64,000 bases of DNA from Candidatus Coprovivens sp. (GCA_045654965.1 JAZOOK010000184.1:2111-66110), one strand, 5' to 3'; shown: positions 18,094 through 30,202, counted from the first letter of the stretch. Translations and numbers: made by a program. The notes: generated from the sequence alone by a model not told the origin.

Positions 18094-18477
18094 TTAATTT
18101 CTTGGACGTTTTGGTGGACGGCATCCGTTGTGTGGAACTGGAGTAACGTCATTAATAGATGTAATTTCTAATCCTGCAGTTTGTAATGAACGAATAGCGT
18201 TTTCACGTCCTGCACCTAAACCTTTAACAAATACTTCTACTTTTTTAACTCCGTTATCCATTGCAGCTTTTGCAGCAGCTTCAGCACTCATACCAGCAGC
18301 AAATGGAGTTTTCTTCTTTGATCCTTTATAACCGATTGTACCAGCAGAAGCCCAACTGATAACATTACCGTCTTTATCTGTAATAGATACTACAGTATTG
18401 TTATATGTTGAATGAATATGAGCTTGTGCTTCAGGTATATTCTTTTTAACTTTTCTTTTTCTTCTATTATAAGCCAT
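18094..18477 (-). CDS. rpsK: 30S ribosomal protein S11
   Basis: Recognised sequence and operon position. Confidence 0.9.
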   Translation of the reverse strand: MAYNRRKRKVKKNIPEAQAHIHSTYNNTVVSITDKDGNVISWASAGTIGYKGSKKKTPFAAGMSAEAAAKAAMDNGVKKVEVFVKGLGAGRENAIRSLQTAGLEITSINDVTPVPHNGCRPPKRPRN

Positions 18478-18498
18478 AATCTTCTAACCTCCTATTTA

Positions 18499-18873
18499 TT
18501 ATTTAGTAGCTTTTTTCTTATTAGCAACTACTTTACCTTTACCTTTTCTTGTACGAGCATTTCTTGAAGTTCTTTGACCATGAACTGGTAAACCTTTTTT
18601 ATGTCTAGTACCTTGGTAACTGTTAATTTCCATTTTGTTTTTGATGTTCATTTGAACTTCACGACGAAGGTCACCTTCTACTAAATGATTTTCAACTTCT
18701 GAACGTAATTTTGTTACTTCATCATCTGTTAAATCTTTAATTTTTTTACTTCTTTCAACACCAGCTGCGTCACAAATTTGGTTAGCTAAGCTTCTACCAA
18801 CTCCGTAAATAGCAGTTAAACCTATACAAGTATGTTTTTCTCCTGGTAATTCTATATTCTTAATACGTGCCAT
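18499..18873 (-). CDS. rpsM: 30S ribosomal protein S13
   Basis: MARI...GVGRS start; recognised sequence and operon position. Confidence 0.9.
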   Translation of the reverse strand: MARIKNIELPGEKHTCIGLTAIYGVGRSLANQICDAAGVERSKKIKDLTDDEVTKLRSEVENHLVEGDLRREVQMNIKNKMEINSYQGTRHKKGLPVHGQRTSRNARTRKGKGKVVANKKKATK

Positions 18874-18887
18874 ATTTTACCTCCTAA

Positions 18888-19001
18888 TTAGCCTTGTTTT
18901 TGTTTGTGTTTTGGATTTTCACAAATAACCATTATTTTTCCTTTTCTTCTAATTATTTTGCATTTTGCGCAAATCTTTTTTACTGATGGTCTTACTTTCA
19001 T
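18888..19001 (-). CDS. rpmJ: 50S ribosomal protein L36 (not in the ORF track)
   Basis: Reverse-strand translation gives [37 protein letters not shown] (37 aa) with the Cys ribbon, between infA and rpsM. Confidence 0.85.
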   Translation of the reverse strand: MKVRPSVKKICAKCKIIRRKGKIMVICENPKHKQKQG

Positions 19002-19017
19002 AATAATTGTACCTCCA

Positions 19018-19236
19018 TTATTTTTTATTCCATATTATACGCCCACGTGTTAAATCATAAGGCGACAATTCTATAGTAACTGTATCACCTGGTAAGATAC
19101 GAATCATATTAACTCGCATTTTACCAGAAACGTAGGCTTCTACAGTATGTCCATTAGGCAATTCAACGATAGGTGTTCCACCTTTTAGTATTTCTACTAC
19201 TTTGCCTTCAACTTCGATTTTTTCTTCTTTAGCCAT
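19018..19236 (-). CDS. infA: Translation initiation factor IF-1
   Basis: 72 aa S1-like fold; recognised sequence. Confidence 0.9.
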   Translation of the reverse strand: MAKEEKIEVEGKVVEILKGGTPIVELPNGHTVEAYVSGKMRVNMIRILPGDTVTIELSPYDLTRGRIIWNKK

Positions 19237-19286
19237 GTTTCTAATCTCTCCATAACTTATGTGAGTGGTTGGATGTGAATAACCAA

Positions 19287-19955
19287 CTAGTTATTCACAT
19301 CTTCACTCCCAAGAATTTTTTCTATTTCTTTAAATGTTTCTTCAGTACCTTTGCCTGAATCAACAGTATTTAATACGCCTTTTTTATTGTAATACTCGAT
19401 TACTGGTGCAGTTACTTCAAAGTAAGTTTTGATTCTAGTGTTCATTGACTCTTCATTGTCGTCAGCTCTTTGATATATTTCGCCACCACATTTGTCGCAA
19501 ACACCTTCAACTTTTGGTTGGAATTCTGGATTATATACATTGTATATTGCTCCACAATCCTTACAAATTCTACGACCAATAATTCTTTCTTTTAATAATT
19601 CTTTATCAATAGTTATATTGATAACAACTCCTAGATCTTTGTTTAATTTTTCTAGAAGGTTGTCATATCCTTCAGCTTGTTCTAGATTTCTAGGGAAGCC
19701 ATCTAAGATATAACCATTTTCGCAATCTGGTTGAGTAATTCTATACTCTATTGCTTCATAAATAATATCGTTTGGAACAAAAATCCCATTATCGATTAAA
19801 TTTTTAATTTGGTTACCAAGTTCATCATCAACAGATGCTCTCTCTCTAAGTATATCACCTGTTGAAATATGTGCATAGCCATATTTTTCTTTTAACTTCT
19901 TGGCGAATGTTCCTTTTCCAGCTCCTTGAACTGCTAGGAATACTATATTTTTCAT
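19287..19955 (-). CDS. adk: Adenylate kinase
   Basis: P-loop GAGKGT; zinc lid CxxC...CxxC (CKDCG...CDKCG). Confidence 0.9.
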   Translation of the reverse strand: MKNIVFLAVQGAGKGTFAKKLKEKYGYAHISTGDILRERASVDDELGNQIKNLIDNGIFVPNDIIYEAIEYRITQPDCENGYILDGFPRNLEQAEGYDNLLEKLNKDLGVVINITIDKELLKERIIGRRICKDCGAIYNVYNPEFQPKVEGVCDKCGGEIYQRADDNEESMNTRIKTYFEVTAPVIEYYNKKGVLNTVDSGKGTEETFKEIEKILGSEDVNN

Positions 19956-21214
19956 TATCTCTTAATTGCCCTTCTATGGCTGCGACTTATTAAACTACTT
20001 TCTAGTTGTTTATAAGTTTCTATCGCAACACCAACTACGATTAATAATCCTGTTCCACCAATTGTAACAGCACTAGATAATCCTGAGAAATTTGAGAATA
20101 TGATTGGTAGTCCAGCAATTATTACTAAGAATAAGGAACCTACGATTGTTAGCTTACTTAAAACATTACTAACGTATTCAATAGTATCATTCCCTGGTCT
20201 TACCCCCGGAATATACGCACCACTTTTACTTAAGTTCTTTGACATTTCTTCTGGATTCATTTGTAACATCGTATAGAAATATCCAAAGAATAATATAAGT
20301 AAAATATATAATATAAATCCTGTTAATGATGTGTTATCAATGTATTTAGTTACAAAATTAATTGCAGCTTCATTCTTGATTAAATTAACAACAGTAACTG
20401 GAATTGCTATTAATGTTGATGCGAAGATTACTGGCATTACACCAGCTGAATTTATTTTTATTGGAAGGAAATTTTGATGTCCTCCATAAGCACTATTTGT
20501 TCTATTGGCATATTGAATTGGAATTCTTCTTTCTGCAAGTTGAATCCATACCATACCAATTATAATTAATAAGTATATTATAACGAATGATCCAAATAAC
20601 ACTGAACCTAATACTGTACTGAATGTTCCAGCAAGTACTAATTCATTAAATGCAGTAGTAAATACTGATGGTAGTGATTGAATAATACCAGCCATGATTA
20701 ATAGTGATAATCCATTACCAATACCATATTTAGTTATTTGATCTGCAATCCATAATAGTAAACTTGTCCCTGCAGTTAATACTACAGTAGTTTTTATAAT
20801 TGTCATAACATCTGATGTTCCAGAGTATGCAATTGTAAATGCGAATCCCTGAATAAAGGCAAATAATATACCTAAATATCTAGTAATTCTATTAATTTTT
20901 TGTTTACCTGTATAGCCTTGTTCTTTTAATTCTTTAAAGTATGGAAGTATATCCATTTGTAATAATTGAGTTATGATTGATGCAGTAATATATGGAGATA
21001 CACCTAATGCGAAGATGGAGAAAGATTTTAATCCTCCACCTGACATTAAGTTAAAGATTTCTAGGAAACCTAATTCTTCATATACTGTACTCATCCATGG
21101 AACTGTAATATTACTTCCAAAGCAGAATACTGCTAAACAAAATAGTGTAAAATAAATTCTTTTTCTTAAATCTTTATTTGAACGGTTAAATAGCTGTTTT
21201 AGATTAGAAAACAT
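19955..21214 (-). CDS. secY: Preprotein translocase subunit SecY
   Basis: 419 aa, 10-TM architecture, recognised sequence, spc operon position. Confidence 0.9.
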   Translation of the reverse strand: MFSNLKQLFNRSNKDLRKRIYFTLFCLAVFCFGSNITVPWMSTVYEELGFLEIFNLMSGGGLKSFSIFALGVSPYITASIITQLLQMDILPYFKELKEQGYTGKQKINRITRYLGILFAFIQGFAFTIAYSGTSDVMTIIKTTVVLTAGTSLLLWIADQITKYGIGNGLSLLIMAGIIQSLPSVFTTAFNELVLAGTFSTVLGSVLFGSFVIIYLLIIIGMVWIQLAERRIPIQYANRTNSAYGGHQNFLPIKINSAGVMPVIFASTLIAIPVTVVNLIKNEAAINFVTKYIDNTSLTGFILYILLILFFGYFYTMLQMNPEEMSKNLSKSGAYIPGVRPGNDTIEYVSNVLSKLTIVGSLFLVIIAGLPIIFSNFSGLSSAVTIGGTGLLIVVGVAIETYKQLESSLISRSHRRAIKR

Positions 21215-21658
21215 CTAGATCACCTCAGCTTTTCCGCCAGCACTTTCAATTTTTGTAACGGCTGAACTTGAGAATCTATTAGCTTTAATAGTTAATTTCT
21301 TTTCTAGTTCACCATTGCCTAAGACTTTAACACCACAAAGTTGTTGTTTGATAATACCCTTTTCTTTTAAGATTTCTGGAGTAACTTCTTCTCCATCATT
21401 GAAATATTTATTTAAATCACTTAAGTTAATTGTTGCATATTCAGTTCTGAATCTAGCATTGTTAAATCCACGTTTTGGTATTCTTCTATAAAGTGGAGTT
21501 TGTCCACCTTGGAACCAAGCTGGGATGCTAGCTCCTGAACGTGATTTTTGTCCGTTTTCTCCACGACCAGAAGTTTTTCCTAAGCCGCTTCCTGTTCCAC
21601 GTCCAACTCTTTTTCTAACTTTTGCTTCAGGAGAAGCGTTTAATTCATGTAATTTCAT
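21215..21658 (-). CDS. rplO: 50S ribosomal protein L15
   Basis: Recognised sequence. It directly abuts rpsE, with no rpmD (L30) gene between. Confidence 0.9.
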   Translation of the reverse strand: MKLHELNASPEAKVRKRVGRGTGSGLGKTSGRGENGQKSRSGASIPAWFQGGQTPLYRRIPKRGFNNARFRTEYATINLSDLNKYFNDGEEVTPEILKEKGIIKQQLCGVKVLGNGELEKKLTIKANRFSSSAVTKIESAGGKAEVI

Positions 21659-21661
21659 ATC

Positions 21662-22165
21662 TTATAGCTCCTCAACTTTCTTTCCTCTTAAAGCAGCAAC
21701 TTGTTCAGGAGTTTTTTGCATTTTTAATGCTTCAAGAGTAGCTTTTGCAACGTTAATTTTTGTATTTGATCCAAGTGATTTAGAAACTATATCACGAACA
21801 CCAGCAAGTTCAAGAACAACTCTGGCAGATCCACCAGCGATGATTCCTGTACCTTCTTTAGCAGGTTTTACAAGAACTTGAGCACGTCCAACTTTTCCTA
21901 TAGCTTCATGTGGGATTGTTCTATTATCAATTAATGCAACTTTTGTTACGTTTTTATTAGCTGCTTGAATAGCTTTTTTAATAGCTTCAGGAACTTCGTT
22001 AGCTTTTCCTGTTCCGATTCCTACTAGTCCTTTTCTATTACCAACTACTACTGTAGCTGAGAATCTAAAATGACGTCCACCTTTTGTAACTTTTGTTACA
22101 CGGCCAATAGAAACTACTTTTTCTTCAAGCAAGTTTTTCTTAGAGTCCATTTTTGTTTTTGGCAT
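21662..22165 (-). CDS. rpsE: 30S ribosomal protein S5
   Basis: Recognised sequence and operon position. Confidence 0.9.
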   Translation of the reverse strand: MPKTKMDSKKNLLEEKVVSIGRVTKVTKGGRHFRFSATVVVGNRKGLVGIGTGKANEVPEAIKKAIQAANKNVTKVALIDNRTIPHEAIGKVGRAQVLVKPAKEGTGIIAGGSARVVLELAGVRDIVSKSLGSNTKINVAKATLEALKMQKTPEQVAALRGKKVEEL

Positions 22166-22181
22166 AATCTGTACCTCCCTC

Positions 22182-22538
22182 TTAGAATTCTAGTCCATTT
22201 TCACGTGCTGCTTCAGCTAAAGCTTGAACACGTCCGTGGTAAAGGTATCCACCTCTATCGAAAACTACATTTTTGATTTTTAATTTTTTAGCTTTTTCAG
22301 CAATGTCTTTACCTACTAATTTAGCACCTTCAACATTGCCTCCGTTTTTAATTTTTAATTCGACAGATGAAGAGCTAGCTAGAGTAACGCCCTTAACATC
22401 ATCGATAATTTGAGCAAATATTTGTGTATTTGATCTAAATACGTTTAATCTTGGACATTCAGCTGTTCCACTAACTTTGTTACGAACACGAGCATGTCTT
22501 TTTTTACGTAAATCATTTCTTGATTCTTTAACTATCAT
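22182..22538 (-). CDS. rplR: 50S ribosomal protein L18
   Basis: Recognised sequence and operon position. Confidence 0.9.
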   Translation of the reverse strand: MIVKESRNDLRKKRHARVRNKVSGTAECPRLNVFRSNTQIFAQIIDDVKGVTLASSSSVELKIKNGGNVEGAKLVGKDIAEKAKKLKIKNVVFDRGGYLYHGRVQALAEAARENGLEF

Positions 22539-22558
22539 AATATCTCGACTCCTTACCC

Positions 22559-23098
22559 TTATTTAGCTGCCTTCTTACCTTCTTTACGACGAACATATTC
22601 ACCTTTATAACGTATACCTTTACCTTTATATGGTTCTGGTTCTCTTACGCTACGGATGTTAGCCGCAAATTCAGTAACTCTTTGCTTATCGATACCTGAA
22701 ATTGTGATTTCAGTATTGCTTATTTGTTCTGCTTTTAATCCAGCAGGAACTTCCATTATTACTGGATTTGAATATCCAGCAGAAATGTTTAATTTAGTAC
22801 CTTGAACTTGGAATCTATAACCAACTCCAACAGCTTCAAGTGATTTTTGGTATCCTTCAGTAACACCTGTAATCATATTTTTTACTAAAGCGTTAACTGT
22901 ACCATGTAATTGTTTTGATACTTTTGCATCATTTGGTCTTTTTGTAATAATTTTGCCTTCAACTTCTTCAATAGTGATTATAGCTGGTTTTTCATAGCTT
23001 AATTCACCTTTAGGACCTTTAACAGTTACAGTATTATTGTCAACAGTAACAGTAACTCCAGCAGGAACTACTAATTCTCTTTTTCCTATTCTACTCAT
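22559..23098 (-). CDS. rplF: 50S ribosomal protein L6
   Basis: Recognised sequence and operon position. Confidence 0.9.
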   Translation of the reverse strand: MSRIGKRELVVPAGVTVTVDNNTVTVKGPKGELSYEKPAIITIEEVEGKIITKRPNDAKVSKQLHGTVNALVKNMITGVTEGYQKSLEAVGVGYRFQVQGTKLNISAGYSNPVIMEVPAGLKAEQISNTEITISGIDKQRVTEFAANIRSVREPEPYKGKGIRYKGEYVRRKEGKKAAK

Positions 23099-23111
23099 AA
23101 CTTAATTTTCC

Positions 23112-23507
23112 TTACCAAATATAGGCAAGTACTTCTCCTCCTAGACCAGCTTCACGAGCTTCTTTGTCAGTCATTAATCCTTTTGAAGTTGAAACGATTG
23201 CAATTCCTAATCCGTTAAGAACACGAGGAATTTCATCAGCTTTGGCATAGACACGTAATCCAGATTTAGAAATTCTCTTTAATCCTGTGATTACTCTTTC
23301 TTTTTTATCGCCATATTTAAGTGTTAAATTTAATTTATCACCATTTGCAGCTTTTTCATATTTGAAATCTGCTATATAACCTTCACGTTTTAGTATTTCA
23401 GCAATTCCTAATGTCATTTTTGAACCTAAAACTTCAACTGTTTCATATCTCATTTGATTTGCATTACGTATTCTTGTAAGCATATCTGCTATTATATCTC
23501 CTACCAT
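23112..23507 (-). CDS. rpsH: 30S ribosomal protein S8
   Basis: Recognised sequence and operon position. Confidence 0.9.
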   Translation of the reverse strand: MVGDIIADMLTRIRNANQMRYETVEVLGSKMTLGIAEILKREGYIADFKYEKAANGDKLNLTLKYGDKKERVITGLKRISKSGLRVYAKADEIPRVLNGLGIAIVSTSKGLMTDKEAREAGLGGEVLAYIW

Positions 23508-23525
23508 AGTCTAAATTCCTCCTTT

Positions 23526-23711
23526 CTACCAACTTGACTTCTTAACGCCAGGGATTTGTCCATTATTTGCCATTTCTCTAAAGCAAATACGACATAATTT
23601 GTATTTACGTAGAACTCCGTGAGGACGTCCACATCTTTCGCAACGAGTATAAGCTCTTGATTTGAATTTAGGAGCTCTTTGTTGTTTAACTTTTAAACTA
23701 GTCTTTGCCAT
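23526..23711 (-). CDS. rpsN: 30S ribosomal protein S14, zinc-binding type Z
   Basis: 61 aa with CERCGRP...CRICFRE zinc ribbon. Confidence 0.9.
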   Translation of the reverse strand: MAKTSLKVKQQRAPKFKSRAYTRCERCGRPHGVLRKYKLCRICFREMANNGQIPGVKKSSW

Positions 23712-23732
23712 AATATTTCTTTCCTCCTCTTT

Positions 23733-24272
23733 CTACTTTCTAAATGGCATTCCGAATCCGCTTAGTAATTCGAATGCTTCTTCATTTGTTTTTGCAGTTG
23801 TAACGAATACGATATCCATTCCTCTTAATTTTAAGATTTGATCATATTCAATTTCAGGGAAAATAATTTGTTCTTTAACACCAAGAGTGTAGTTTCCTTT
23901 ACCATCGAATGCAGTTTTAGAAACACCTCTAAAATCTCTAACACGAGGAAGTGCTATTTTAATTAATTTTTCCATGAAGTTATACATATTTTCGCCACGT
24001 AGAGTAACTTTTGCTCCAATTGTTTGGCCTTCTCTTATTTTAAAGCCAGCTATTGATTTACGAGCTTTTGTTACTACAGGTTTTTGACCAGCGATTAATT
24101 CTAGGTCTTTAACAGCAGCTTCCATGAATTTAGAATCTACAGAAGCTTCTCCAACTCCCATGTTGATAACTATTTTTTCTAATTTTGGAACTTCCATTTT
24201 AGAATCATAGTTAAATTTTTTCATTAGAGAGTCAGCTATTTGTTCATTATATAAATTTTTAAATGTACTCAT
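23733..24272 (-). CDS. rplE: 50S ribosomal protein L5
   Basis: Recognised sequence. The likely start is the internal ATG (MSTFKN); the track ORF begins at an upstream GTG. Confidence 0.85.
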   Translation of the reverse strand: MSTFKNLYNEQIADSLMKKFNYDSKMEVPKLEKIVINMGVGEASVDSKFMEAAVKDLELIAGQKPVVTKARKSIAGFKIREGQTIGAKVTLRGENMYNFMEKLIKIALPRVRDFRGVSKTAFDGKGNYTLGVKEQIIFPEIEYDQILKLRGMDIVFVTTAKTNEEAFELLSGFGMPFRK

Positions 24273-24287
24273 ATCTTCACCCACTAA

Positions 24288-24566
24288 CTAGCTTTCTTTC
24301 TTTTCTGATTTTTTTGTTGTTTTAGCTTTTTTTACTTCTTTTTTAGTTTCTTCAACTAATTTTACATTAGATACATGAATTGGTGCTTCAACTTCAACAA
24401 TTGAACCAACTTCATTCATTCTGTTTGGTTTTACATGTTTCTTAACTACGTTAATTCCTTCAACAACAACTTTGTTGTCTTTTTTAAGAGTTTTAATTAT
24501 TCTTCCTTCTTTGCCTCTATATTTACCAGCAAGAATTCTAACATTGTCTCCAACTTTAACTTTCAT
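24288..24566 (-). CDS. rplX: 50S ribosomal protein L24
   Basis: KOW motif; Lys-rich C-terminal tail. Confidence 0.9.
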   Translation of the reverse strand: MKVKVGDNVRILAGKYRGKEGRIIKTLKKDNKVVVEGINVVKKHVKPNRMNEVGSIVEVEAPIHVSNVKLVEETKKEVKKAKTTKKSEKKES

Positions 24567-24577
24567 ATTTAGTCCTC

Positions 24578-24946
24578 CTATAATACTTCAGGTGCTAATG
24601 AAACGATTTTCATGAAATCTTTTTCACGTAGCTCACGAGCAACAGGTCCTAAAACTCTAGTTCCTATTGGACTCTTATCTTCTCTAATTAATACACATGC
24701 ATTGTCATCGAACTTGATGTATGATCCATCAGCTCTTCTAACACCTTGAACAGTTCTAACGATAACAGCTTTAACAACTTTTCCTTTTGGAACGTTACTA
24801 TTTGGGATAGCTTTTTTAACAGTTCCTACAACGATATCACCGATATTACCACTTTTAACTCTACTTCCGCCAACTACTCTAATAACTAATAGTTCACGAG
24901 CACCAGAGTTATCAGCAACTTTAAGTCTTGTTTCTTGCATTACCAT
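24578..24946 (-). CDS. rplN: 50S ribosomal protein L14
   Basis: Recognised sequence ([10 protein letters not shown]). Confidence 0.9.
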   Translation of the reverse strand: MVMQETRLKVADNSGARELLVIRVVGGSRVKSGNIGDIVVGTVKKAIPNSNVPKGKVVKAVIVRTVQGVRRADGSYIKFDDNACVLIREDKSPIGTRVLGPVARELREKDFMKIVSLAPEVL

Positions 24947-24960
24947 AATGATACCCCCTC

Positions 24961-25221
24961 TTATAGGATTACAGCTTCAATTAGTACTTCTACAAGTTCA
25001 TATCTCTTAGTTTTAGATAATGGTCTAGTACTACTAATTTTTACTGTATCCCCTTCTTTAGCTTTATTTAATTCATCATGAGCTGTATATTTCTTTGAAT
25101 ATTTAACTCTTTTTCCGTAAAGTGGATGCTTTTTATATGTTTCAACTAAAACAGTTATAGTTTTGTCGTTTTTTGCACTAACTACTTTACCAACTAGTGT
25201 TGTCTTTTTAGTTTCTGCCAT
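24961..25221 (-). CDS. rpsQ: 30S ribosomal protein S17
   Basis: Recognised sequence and operon position. Confidence 0.9.
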   Translation of the reverse strand: MAETKKTTLVGKVVSAKNDKTITVLVETYKKHPLYGKRVKYSKKYTAHDELNKAKEGDTVKISSTRPLSKTKRYELVEVLIEAVIL

Positions 25222-25433
25222 TATTGTTCGCCTCCATTTTCTCTTTCTTTTAAAATTGTTTGCATTCTTGCAACATTTTTTCTTAATTCACGAATCTTAG
25301 ATGGTTTTTCTAATGAACCAGTTGATTGTTTTAATCTAAGATCGAATAATTCTTTTTTAGATTCTTTAATTTTTGCTACTAATTCTTCGTTTGATAAAGT
25401 TCTTAGTTCTTTTACTACTTCATTAACCTTCAT
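25221..25433 (-). CDS. rpmC: 50S ribosomal protein L29
   Basis: 70 aa; recognised sequence. Confidence 0.9.
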   Translation of the reverse strand: MKVNEVVKELRTLSNEELVAKIKESKKELFDLRLKQSTGSLEKPSKIRELRKNVARMQTILKERENGGEQ

Positions 25434-25851
25434 TAGATTCGCCTCCTTCTTTTTTAACTATTTTACAAGTTATTGGTAGTTTGTGTGATGCAAGTCTTAA
25501 AGCTTCTCTTGCGATTTCTTCAGAAACTCCACCAACTTCAAACATAATTTTTCCTTTTTTAACAACAGCTACCCATTGTTCTACGCCACCTTTACCTTTA
25601 CCTTGACGAACACCAAGAGGTTTTTTTGTCAATGGTAAATGTGGGAAGATGTTAATCCATACTTGTCCGCCACGTTTCATGAAACGAGTCATTGCGATAC
25701 GTGCTGCTTCAATTTGTTGAGCAGTAATGTATGTTCCTTCAGTAGCCATTAATCCGTATTCACCAAAAGTTAATTTAGTGTTACCTTTTGCTTTACCTTC
25801 GTATGATAAACGATGTTGTTTACGATACTTAGTTCTTTTTGGCATTAACAT
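25423..25851 (-). CDS. rplP: 50S ribosomal protein L16
   Basis: Start at [11 protein letters not shown]; overlaps the rpsC 3' end, as is typical. Confidence 0.9.
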   Translation of the reverse strand: MLMPKRTKYRKQHRLSYEGKAKGNTKLTFGEYGLMATEGTYITAQQIEAARIAMTRFMKRGGQVWINIFPHLPLTKKPLGVRQGKGKGGVEQWVAVVKKGKIMFEVGGVSEEIAREALRLASHKLPITCKIVKKEGGESNEG

Positions 25852-26509
25852 CTTGTGCATCTCCCTTCTTTACTTTTCTAGCAGGAAGAATTTCACCTTT
25901 GTAAATCCATACTTTTACACCAATCTTACCATATGTAGTGTTTGCTTCAGCGATTGCATAATCGATGTCAGCTCTGATTGTATGTAGTGGAACAGTACCT
26001 TCAGTATAACCTTCAGTACGTGCCATTTCAGCTCCACCAAGTCTTCCTGAAACTGCAGTTTTGATACCTTTAGCTCCAGCTTTCATTGTGTTTCTGATAG
26101 CTCTCTTTTGAGCACTTCTGAATGGTGCTCTAGCTTCGATTTGTTGAGCGATTTGTTCTGCAACTAATTTTGCATTTAAATCTGGATTTTTAACTTCGAT
26201 GATTGATACATAAATTTCTTCATCTACTAATTTCTTTAATTGATTTCTTAATTTTTCAATGTCTGCTCCACCTTGACCAATGATGATACCAGGTTTAGCA
26301 GTATAAATTTTAACATCTGTTCTTTTTGCAGTTCTTTCGATAACTACAGAAGCAACAGCAGCATCTTTCATTTTGTTAGCTAAATATTTACGGATTTTGT
26401 CATCTTTATTTAAAAGTGTACCAAAATCTTTCTTTTCAGCGAACCAATTAGCTTCCCAATCTTTATTAACGCCAACTCTTAGGCCTATTGGATTAACTTT
26501 TTGTCCCAT
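25829..26509 (-). CDS. rpsC: 30S ribosomal protein S3
   Basis: [11 protein letters not shown] start; KH domain. Confidence 0.9.
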   Translation of the reverse strand: MGQKVNPIGLRVGVNKDWEANWFAEKKDFGTLLNKDDKIRKYLANKMKDAAVASVVIERTAKRTDVKIYTAKPGIIIGQGGADIEKLRNQLKKLVDEEIYVSIIEVKNPDLNAKLVAEQIAQQIEARAPFRSAQKRAIRNTMKAGAKGIKTAVSGRLGGAEMARTEGYTEGTVPLHTIRADIDYAIAEANTTYGKIGVKVWIYKGEILPARKVKKGDAQDVNAKKN

Positions 26510-26510
26510 A

Positions 26511-26855
26511 CTATTTTGCCTCCTTATTATCAGATACTTTTACAGTAATATGACTTGTTCTTTTATCTCTTCTATCAACTTTTGTTCTAGAACCGAATTT
26601 AATTCTTTTATATACTTGTCCAGGATTGATGTAGCATTCAGAGATAACAAGTTCAGATTCATTAGCACCGTTATTGTTAACAGCGTTTGCAACAGCAGAA
26701 TTTAAAACTTTAAGGATTAATCTGCTAGCTTTTGTATTAGTATTTTCTAAAATACCTTGTGCAGTTTGAACGTCTTTTCCTCTAACTAAATCAAGAGTCA
26801 TTCTTGCTTTACGAGGAGCGATCATTGCACCTTTGTGTATTGCATATGTTTCCAT
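26511..26855 (-). CDS. rplV: 50S ribosomal protein L22
   Basis: Recognised sequence and operon position. Confidence 0.9.
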   Translation of the reverse strand: METYAIHKGAMIAPRKARMTLDLVRGKDVQTAQGILENTNTKASRLILKVLNSAVANAVNNNGANESELVISECYINPGQVYKRIKFGSRTKVDRRDKRTSHITVKVSDNKEAK

Positions 26856-26873
26856 TTACTTATTTCTCCTTTC

Positions 26874-27137
26874 CTACTTTTGTCCAGCATGTCCGCCAAA
26901 TTTACGAGTTAATGCAAACTCACCTAATTTGTGTCCAACCATATCTTCAGTTACATAAACTGGGATAAATTCTTTTCCGTTATGAACAGCTATTGTATGT
27001 CCAATGAAATCAGGATAAATAGTTGAACGACGAGACCAAGTTTTTACAACTTCTTTTTTATTGTTTTTATTTAATTCTTGAACCTTTTTTAGTAATCTTG
27101 CGAATACATATGGTCCCTTTTTTAAACTTCTTGCCAT
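26874..27137 (-). CDS. rpsS: 30S ribosomal protein S19
   Basis: Recognised sequence and operon position. Confidence 0.9.
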   Translation of the reverse strand: MARSLKKGPYVFARLLKKVQELNKNNKKEVVKTWSRRSTIYPDFIGHTIAVHNGKEFIPVYVTEDMVGHKLGEFALTRKFGGHAGQK

Positions 27138-27150
27138 TATTTATTTCCTC

Positions 27151-27981
27151 CTATTTTTTCTTACGACTAACAATTAGCTTGCTAGATTTTTTCTTACTTG
27201 CACGAGTTTTAACACCCATAGCTTTTTTACCCCAAGGAGTCATTGGTGCTTTACGTGCTACTGGAGTACGTCCTTCACCACCACCATGAGGGTGATCATT
27301 AGGGTTCATTACAGAACCACGGTTAGTTGGTCTAATACCTAAGTGACGAGTACGACCAGCTTTACCCCAATTTACTAATTCATAGTCTTCGTTTCCAACT
27401 GTTCCGATAGTTGCCATACAAGTTCCAAGAACTTTTCTTGTTTCACCAGATTGTAATCTGATTAAAACATATTTGTCTTCACGGCCTAGGATTTGTGCAC
27501 TAGTACCAGCTGAACGACAAAGTGAAGCACCTTTACCAGGTTGTAATTCGATACAATGAATTGTTGTACCAACTGGGATGTTCATTAATGGTAATGCGTT
27601 ACCAACTTTAATGTCAGCTTCTACACCACTTTCAATGATTGATCCAACTGTTAAATCTTTTGGAGCGATGATATATCTTTTTTCACCATCTCTATAATTG
27701 ATTAATGCAATGTTTGCACTTCTGTTTGGATCGTATTCGATAGTAGCTACTTTACCAGTAACTCCAACTTTATCTCTTTTAAAATCGATAATTCTGTATT
27801 TTTGTTTAGCTCCTCCACCGATGTGGCGAACTGTCATTCTACCTTGGTTATTTCTTCCACCAGTTTTAGTTTTAGAAACAACTAAAGATTTTTCAGGAGT
27901 TGAAGTAGTTATTTCGCTATTAGCTAATGTAGTCATACCACGACGACCATTAGTTGTTGGTTTATATGTCTTAATTGCCAT
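27151..27981 (-). CDS. rplB: 50S ribosomal protein L2
   Basis: 276 aa; recognised sequence. Confidence 0.9.
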   Translation of the reverse strand: MAIKTYKPTTNGRRGMTTLANSEITTSTPEKSLVVSKTKTGGRNNQGRMTVRHIGGGAKQKYRIIDFKRDKVGVTGKVATIEYDPNRSANIALINYRDGEKRYIIAPKDLTVGSIIESGVEADIKVGNALPLMNIPVGTTIHCIELQPGKGASLCRSAGTSAQILGREDKYVLIRLQSGETRKVLGTCMATIGTVGNEDYELVNWGKAGRTRHLGIRPTNRGSVMNPNDHPHGGGEGRTPVARKAPMTPWGKKAMGVKTRASKKKSSKLIVSRKKK

Positions 27982-27999
27982 AATTTCTTCTCTCCTTTA

Positions 28000-28275
28000 C
28001 TATATTTCTATTTTTTCGCCATCAGCTAAAGTGATGTACGCTTTTTTATAAGTTTGAGTTTTTCCTGTATATCTTCCAACTCTTTTATCTTTTGCTTTAG
28101 TGTTAGCAGTGTTAATTTTAACAACTTTAACTCCGAAAGCTTCTTCAATAGCTTTTTTGATTTCTATTTTATTAGCATCTTTAGCTACTTTGAATGTATA
28201 GATATTTGCTTCTGCTTGAATAGCAGCTTTTTCTGTAATTACAGGTGCAATAATAATATCAGTAAAATCTTTCAT
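28000..28275 (-). CDS. rplW: 50S ribosomal protein L23
   Basis: Recognised sequence and operon position. Confidence 0.9.
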   Translation of the reverse strand: MKDFTDIIIAPVITEKAAIQAEANIYTFKVAKDANKIEIKKAIEEAFGVKVVKINTANTKAKDKRVGRYTGKTQTYKKAYITLADGEKIEI

Positions 28276-28898
28276 TATTTAAGTCCCCCTTCAATTACTT
28301 CAACAGCTTTTTCGTCTAATACAACGATATCAGCGTTTACTAAATCATAGCAGTTAATTTCGTCAGCATTAATATTGTATGCATAACCTAAATTTCTACT
28401 TGCCATGTATAGGTTTTCGTTATCTTCACCAGTAACAAATAATACTTTTCCAGTTAAATTTAATGTTGCCATTATATCTTTAACAGATTTAGTTTTTAAT
28501 GTTTCTAGTACGATTGAGTCAACAACTACTAATTCCTTATCTTGGAATTTATGAGTTAAAGCACTCTTAAGAGCAAGAGCTCTTTCTTTCTTATTCATAT
28601 CGAATGTGTAATCTCTTGGAGTAACTCCTCCTGAAATTCCACCTCCACGCCATTGAACAGCTCTAATAGAACCTTGACGAGCTCTACCAGTACCTTTTTG
28701 TCTCCATGGTTTTCTTCCACCACCAGAAACTTCAGCGCGTGTTTTAGTTTTTGCAGTTCCTTGTCTTGTAGCAGCTAATTGTAAATCAATAGCTCTTTTA
28801 AGAACGATATCATTTGCTTCAATATTCCAAACGTTATCAGCTAAAGTTATATCTTTTAGTTTTTCGCCTTTTATATTAATTAATTGTATCTTTGCCAT
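28275..28898 (-). CDS. rplD: 50S ribosomal protein L4
   Basis: Recognised sequence and operon position. Confidence 0.9.
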   Translation of the reverse strand: MAKIQLINIKGEKLKDITLADNVWNIEANDIVLKRAIDLQLAATRQGTAKTKTRAEVSGGGRKPWRQKGTGRARQGSIRAVQWRGGGISGGVTPRDYTFDMNKKERALALKSALTHKFQDKELVVVDSIVLETLKTKSVKDIMATLNLTGKVLFVTGEDNENLYMASRNLGYAYNINADEINCYDLVNADIVVLDEKAVEVIEGGLK

Positions 28899-28921
28899 AT
28901 TAGATCACCTTTCTAAGTAAA

Positions 28922-29680
28922 TTACTTACTTTCTCCTTGGTTTTCTTCAGTAGCTTCTACTACTTCTTCAACTTCTTCAGCTGGAGTTTCGCTTTCTACA
29001 ACTTCATCAACAACTGTTTCTTCAACATAAGTTAAAACTTCTTTTGGTTCAGCAGAACCTTCTTTTTTAACAGCTGTTTTAATTAAAACTAAAGATTGTT
29101 TAGCTCCTGGAATATTTCCACTTACTAAGATATAATTTTCTGCAGCATTTACTTCGATAATTTCTAGATTTTGGATTGTTGTAGTTTCATCACCCATATG
29201 TCCTGGTAATTTCTTACCTGGTAAAACTCTCATTGGTCTCAATGTTCCCATTGAACCAGGTCCTCTATGGTAACGTGAACCGTGTGCCATAGGTCCTCTA
29301 GATTGATTCCAACGTTTGATTACACCTTCAGTACCTTTACCTTTGCTAGTACCTGTTACGTCAACATATTCACCTACAGTGAAAACGTCAGCGCTAATTG
29401 TATCTCCTAAGTTATAAGTACCTTCGTAATCACGAATTTCTTTTAAGTAGCGCTTAGGAGTTGTGTTTGCTTTTTTAGCATGACCTACGCTAGCTTTGCT
29501 AGCTCTTTTTTCTTTCTTGTCAACTGTAGCTAATTGAATAGCATTGTATCCGTCTGTTTCAGTAGTTTTAACTTGAGTTACAACGTTTGGTTCAACTGAT
29601 ACAACTGTTACAGGAACAAGTTTTCCATCTTTTGTAAAGACTTGAGTCATTCCGACTTTACGTCCTAAGATTCCTTTCAT
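28922..29680 (-). CDS. rplC: 50S ribosomal protein L3 with ~40-aa acidic C-terminal extension
   Basis: Recognised L3 core (~210 aa) plus a C-terminal tail ...[34 protein letters not shown]. Confidence 0.9.
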   Translation of the reverse strand: MKGILGRKVGMTQVFTKDGKLVPVTVVSVEPNVVTQVKTTETDGYNAIQLATVDKKEKRASKASVGHAKKANTTPKRYLKEIRDYEGTYNLGDTISADVFTVGEYVDVTGTSKGKGTEGVIKRWNQSRGPMAHGSRYHRGPGSMGTLRPMRVLPGKKLPGHMGDETTTIQNLEIIEVNAAENYILVSGNIPGAKQSLVLIKTAVKKEGSAEPKEVLTYVEETVVDEVVESETPAEEVEEVVEATEENQGESK

Positions 29681-29706
29681 TTCATTTACCTCCGTATATT
29701 TTTTTA

Positions 29707-30012
29707 TTATTTTATGTTAATAGCTACGCCACTTGGAATATCTAAGTGAGCTAATGCTTCAACAGTTTCTTTTGTTGGGTTTTTAATATCTATTAGTCTC
29801 TTATGAGTACGACTTTCAAATTGTTCTCTAGAGTCTTTATATTTGTGTACAGCTCTTAGTACAGTAATCTTTTCTACATCAGTAGGTAGAGGTACTGGAC
29901 CAACAACTTCTCCCCCAGTTCTTTTAACAGTTTCAACTATTTTTCCGCAAGCTGTATCTAATAATCTATGATCATAAGCTTTTAGAGTAATACGAACTTT
30001 GTTACTTGACAT
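29707..30012 (-). CDS. rpsJ: 30S ribosomal protein S10
   Basis: Recognised sequence; first gene of the S10 operon. Confidence 0.9.
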   Translation of the reverse strand: MSSNKVRITLKAYDHRLLDTACGKIVETVKRTGGEVVGPVPLPTDVEKITVLRAVHKYKDSREQFESRTHKRLIDIKNPTKETVEALAHLDIPSGVAINIK

Positions 30013-30180
30013 TTCTATGTCCTCCCTTCGTCTATATCTGGTATAGACTCGCTCCGTGTGAATTACCCGACATTTTTAAGAAAAAGTTTAACAACTCTTC
30101 CTAGTGTATCGGCAACCTCCCACATCTACGCAGTCATACAGTTTCCATTATAGCACAATTTGCCTTAAAATCAAGCATTT
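30013..30180 (-). promoter_or_regulatory. S10 operon promoter and ~130-nt structured leader
   Basis: Minus strand -35 TTGATT (plus-strand 30169-30174), spacer, extended -10 TGcTATAAT (plus-strand 30147-30152). The GC-richer leader 30013-30140 is a likely L4 autoregulatory leader, inferred by analogy. Confidence 0.55.
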
Positions 30181-30202
30181 TTTTCACTTTTTTTAAAAAA
30201 AT

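Noticed and set aside
21658-21662. Possible missed rpmD between rpsE and rplO
   Set aside because: Only 3 nt separate the two genes, so an L30 gene is genuinely absent from this position.
17710-28350. Numerous 60-120-aa plus-strand ORFs across the ribosomal operon
   Set aside because: All are antisense to densely packed, confidently identified r-protein genes.
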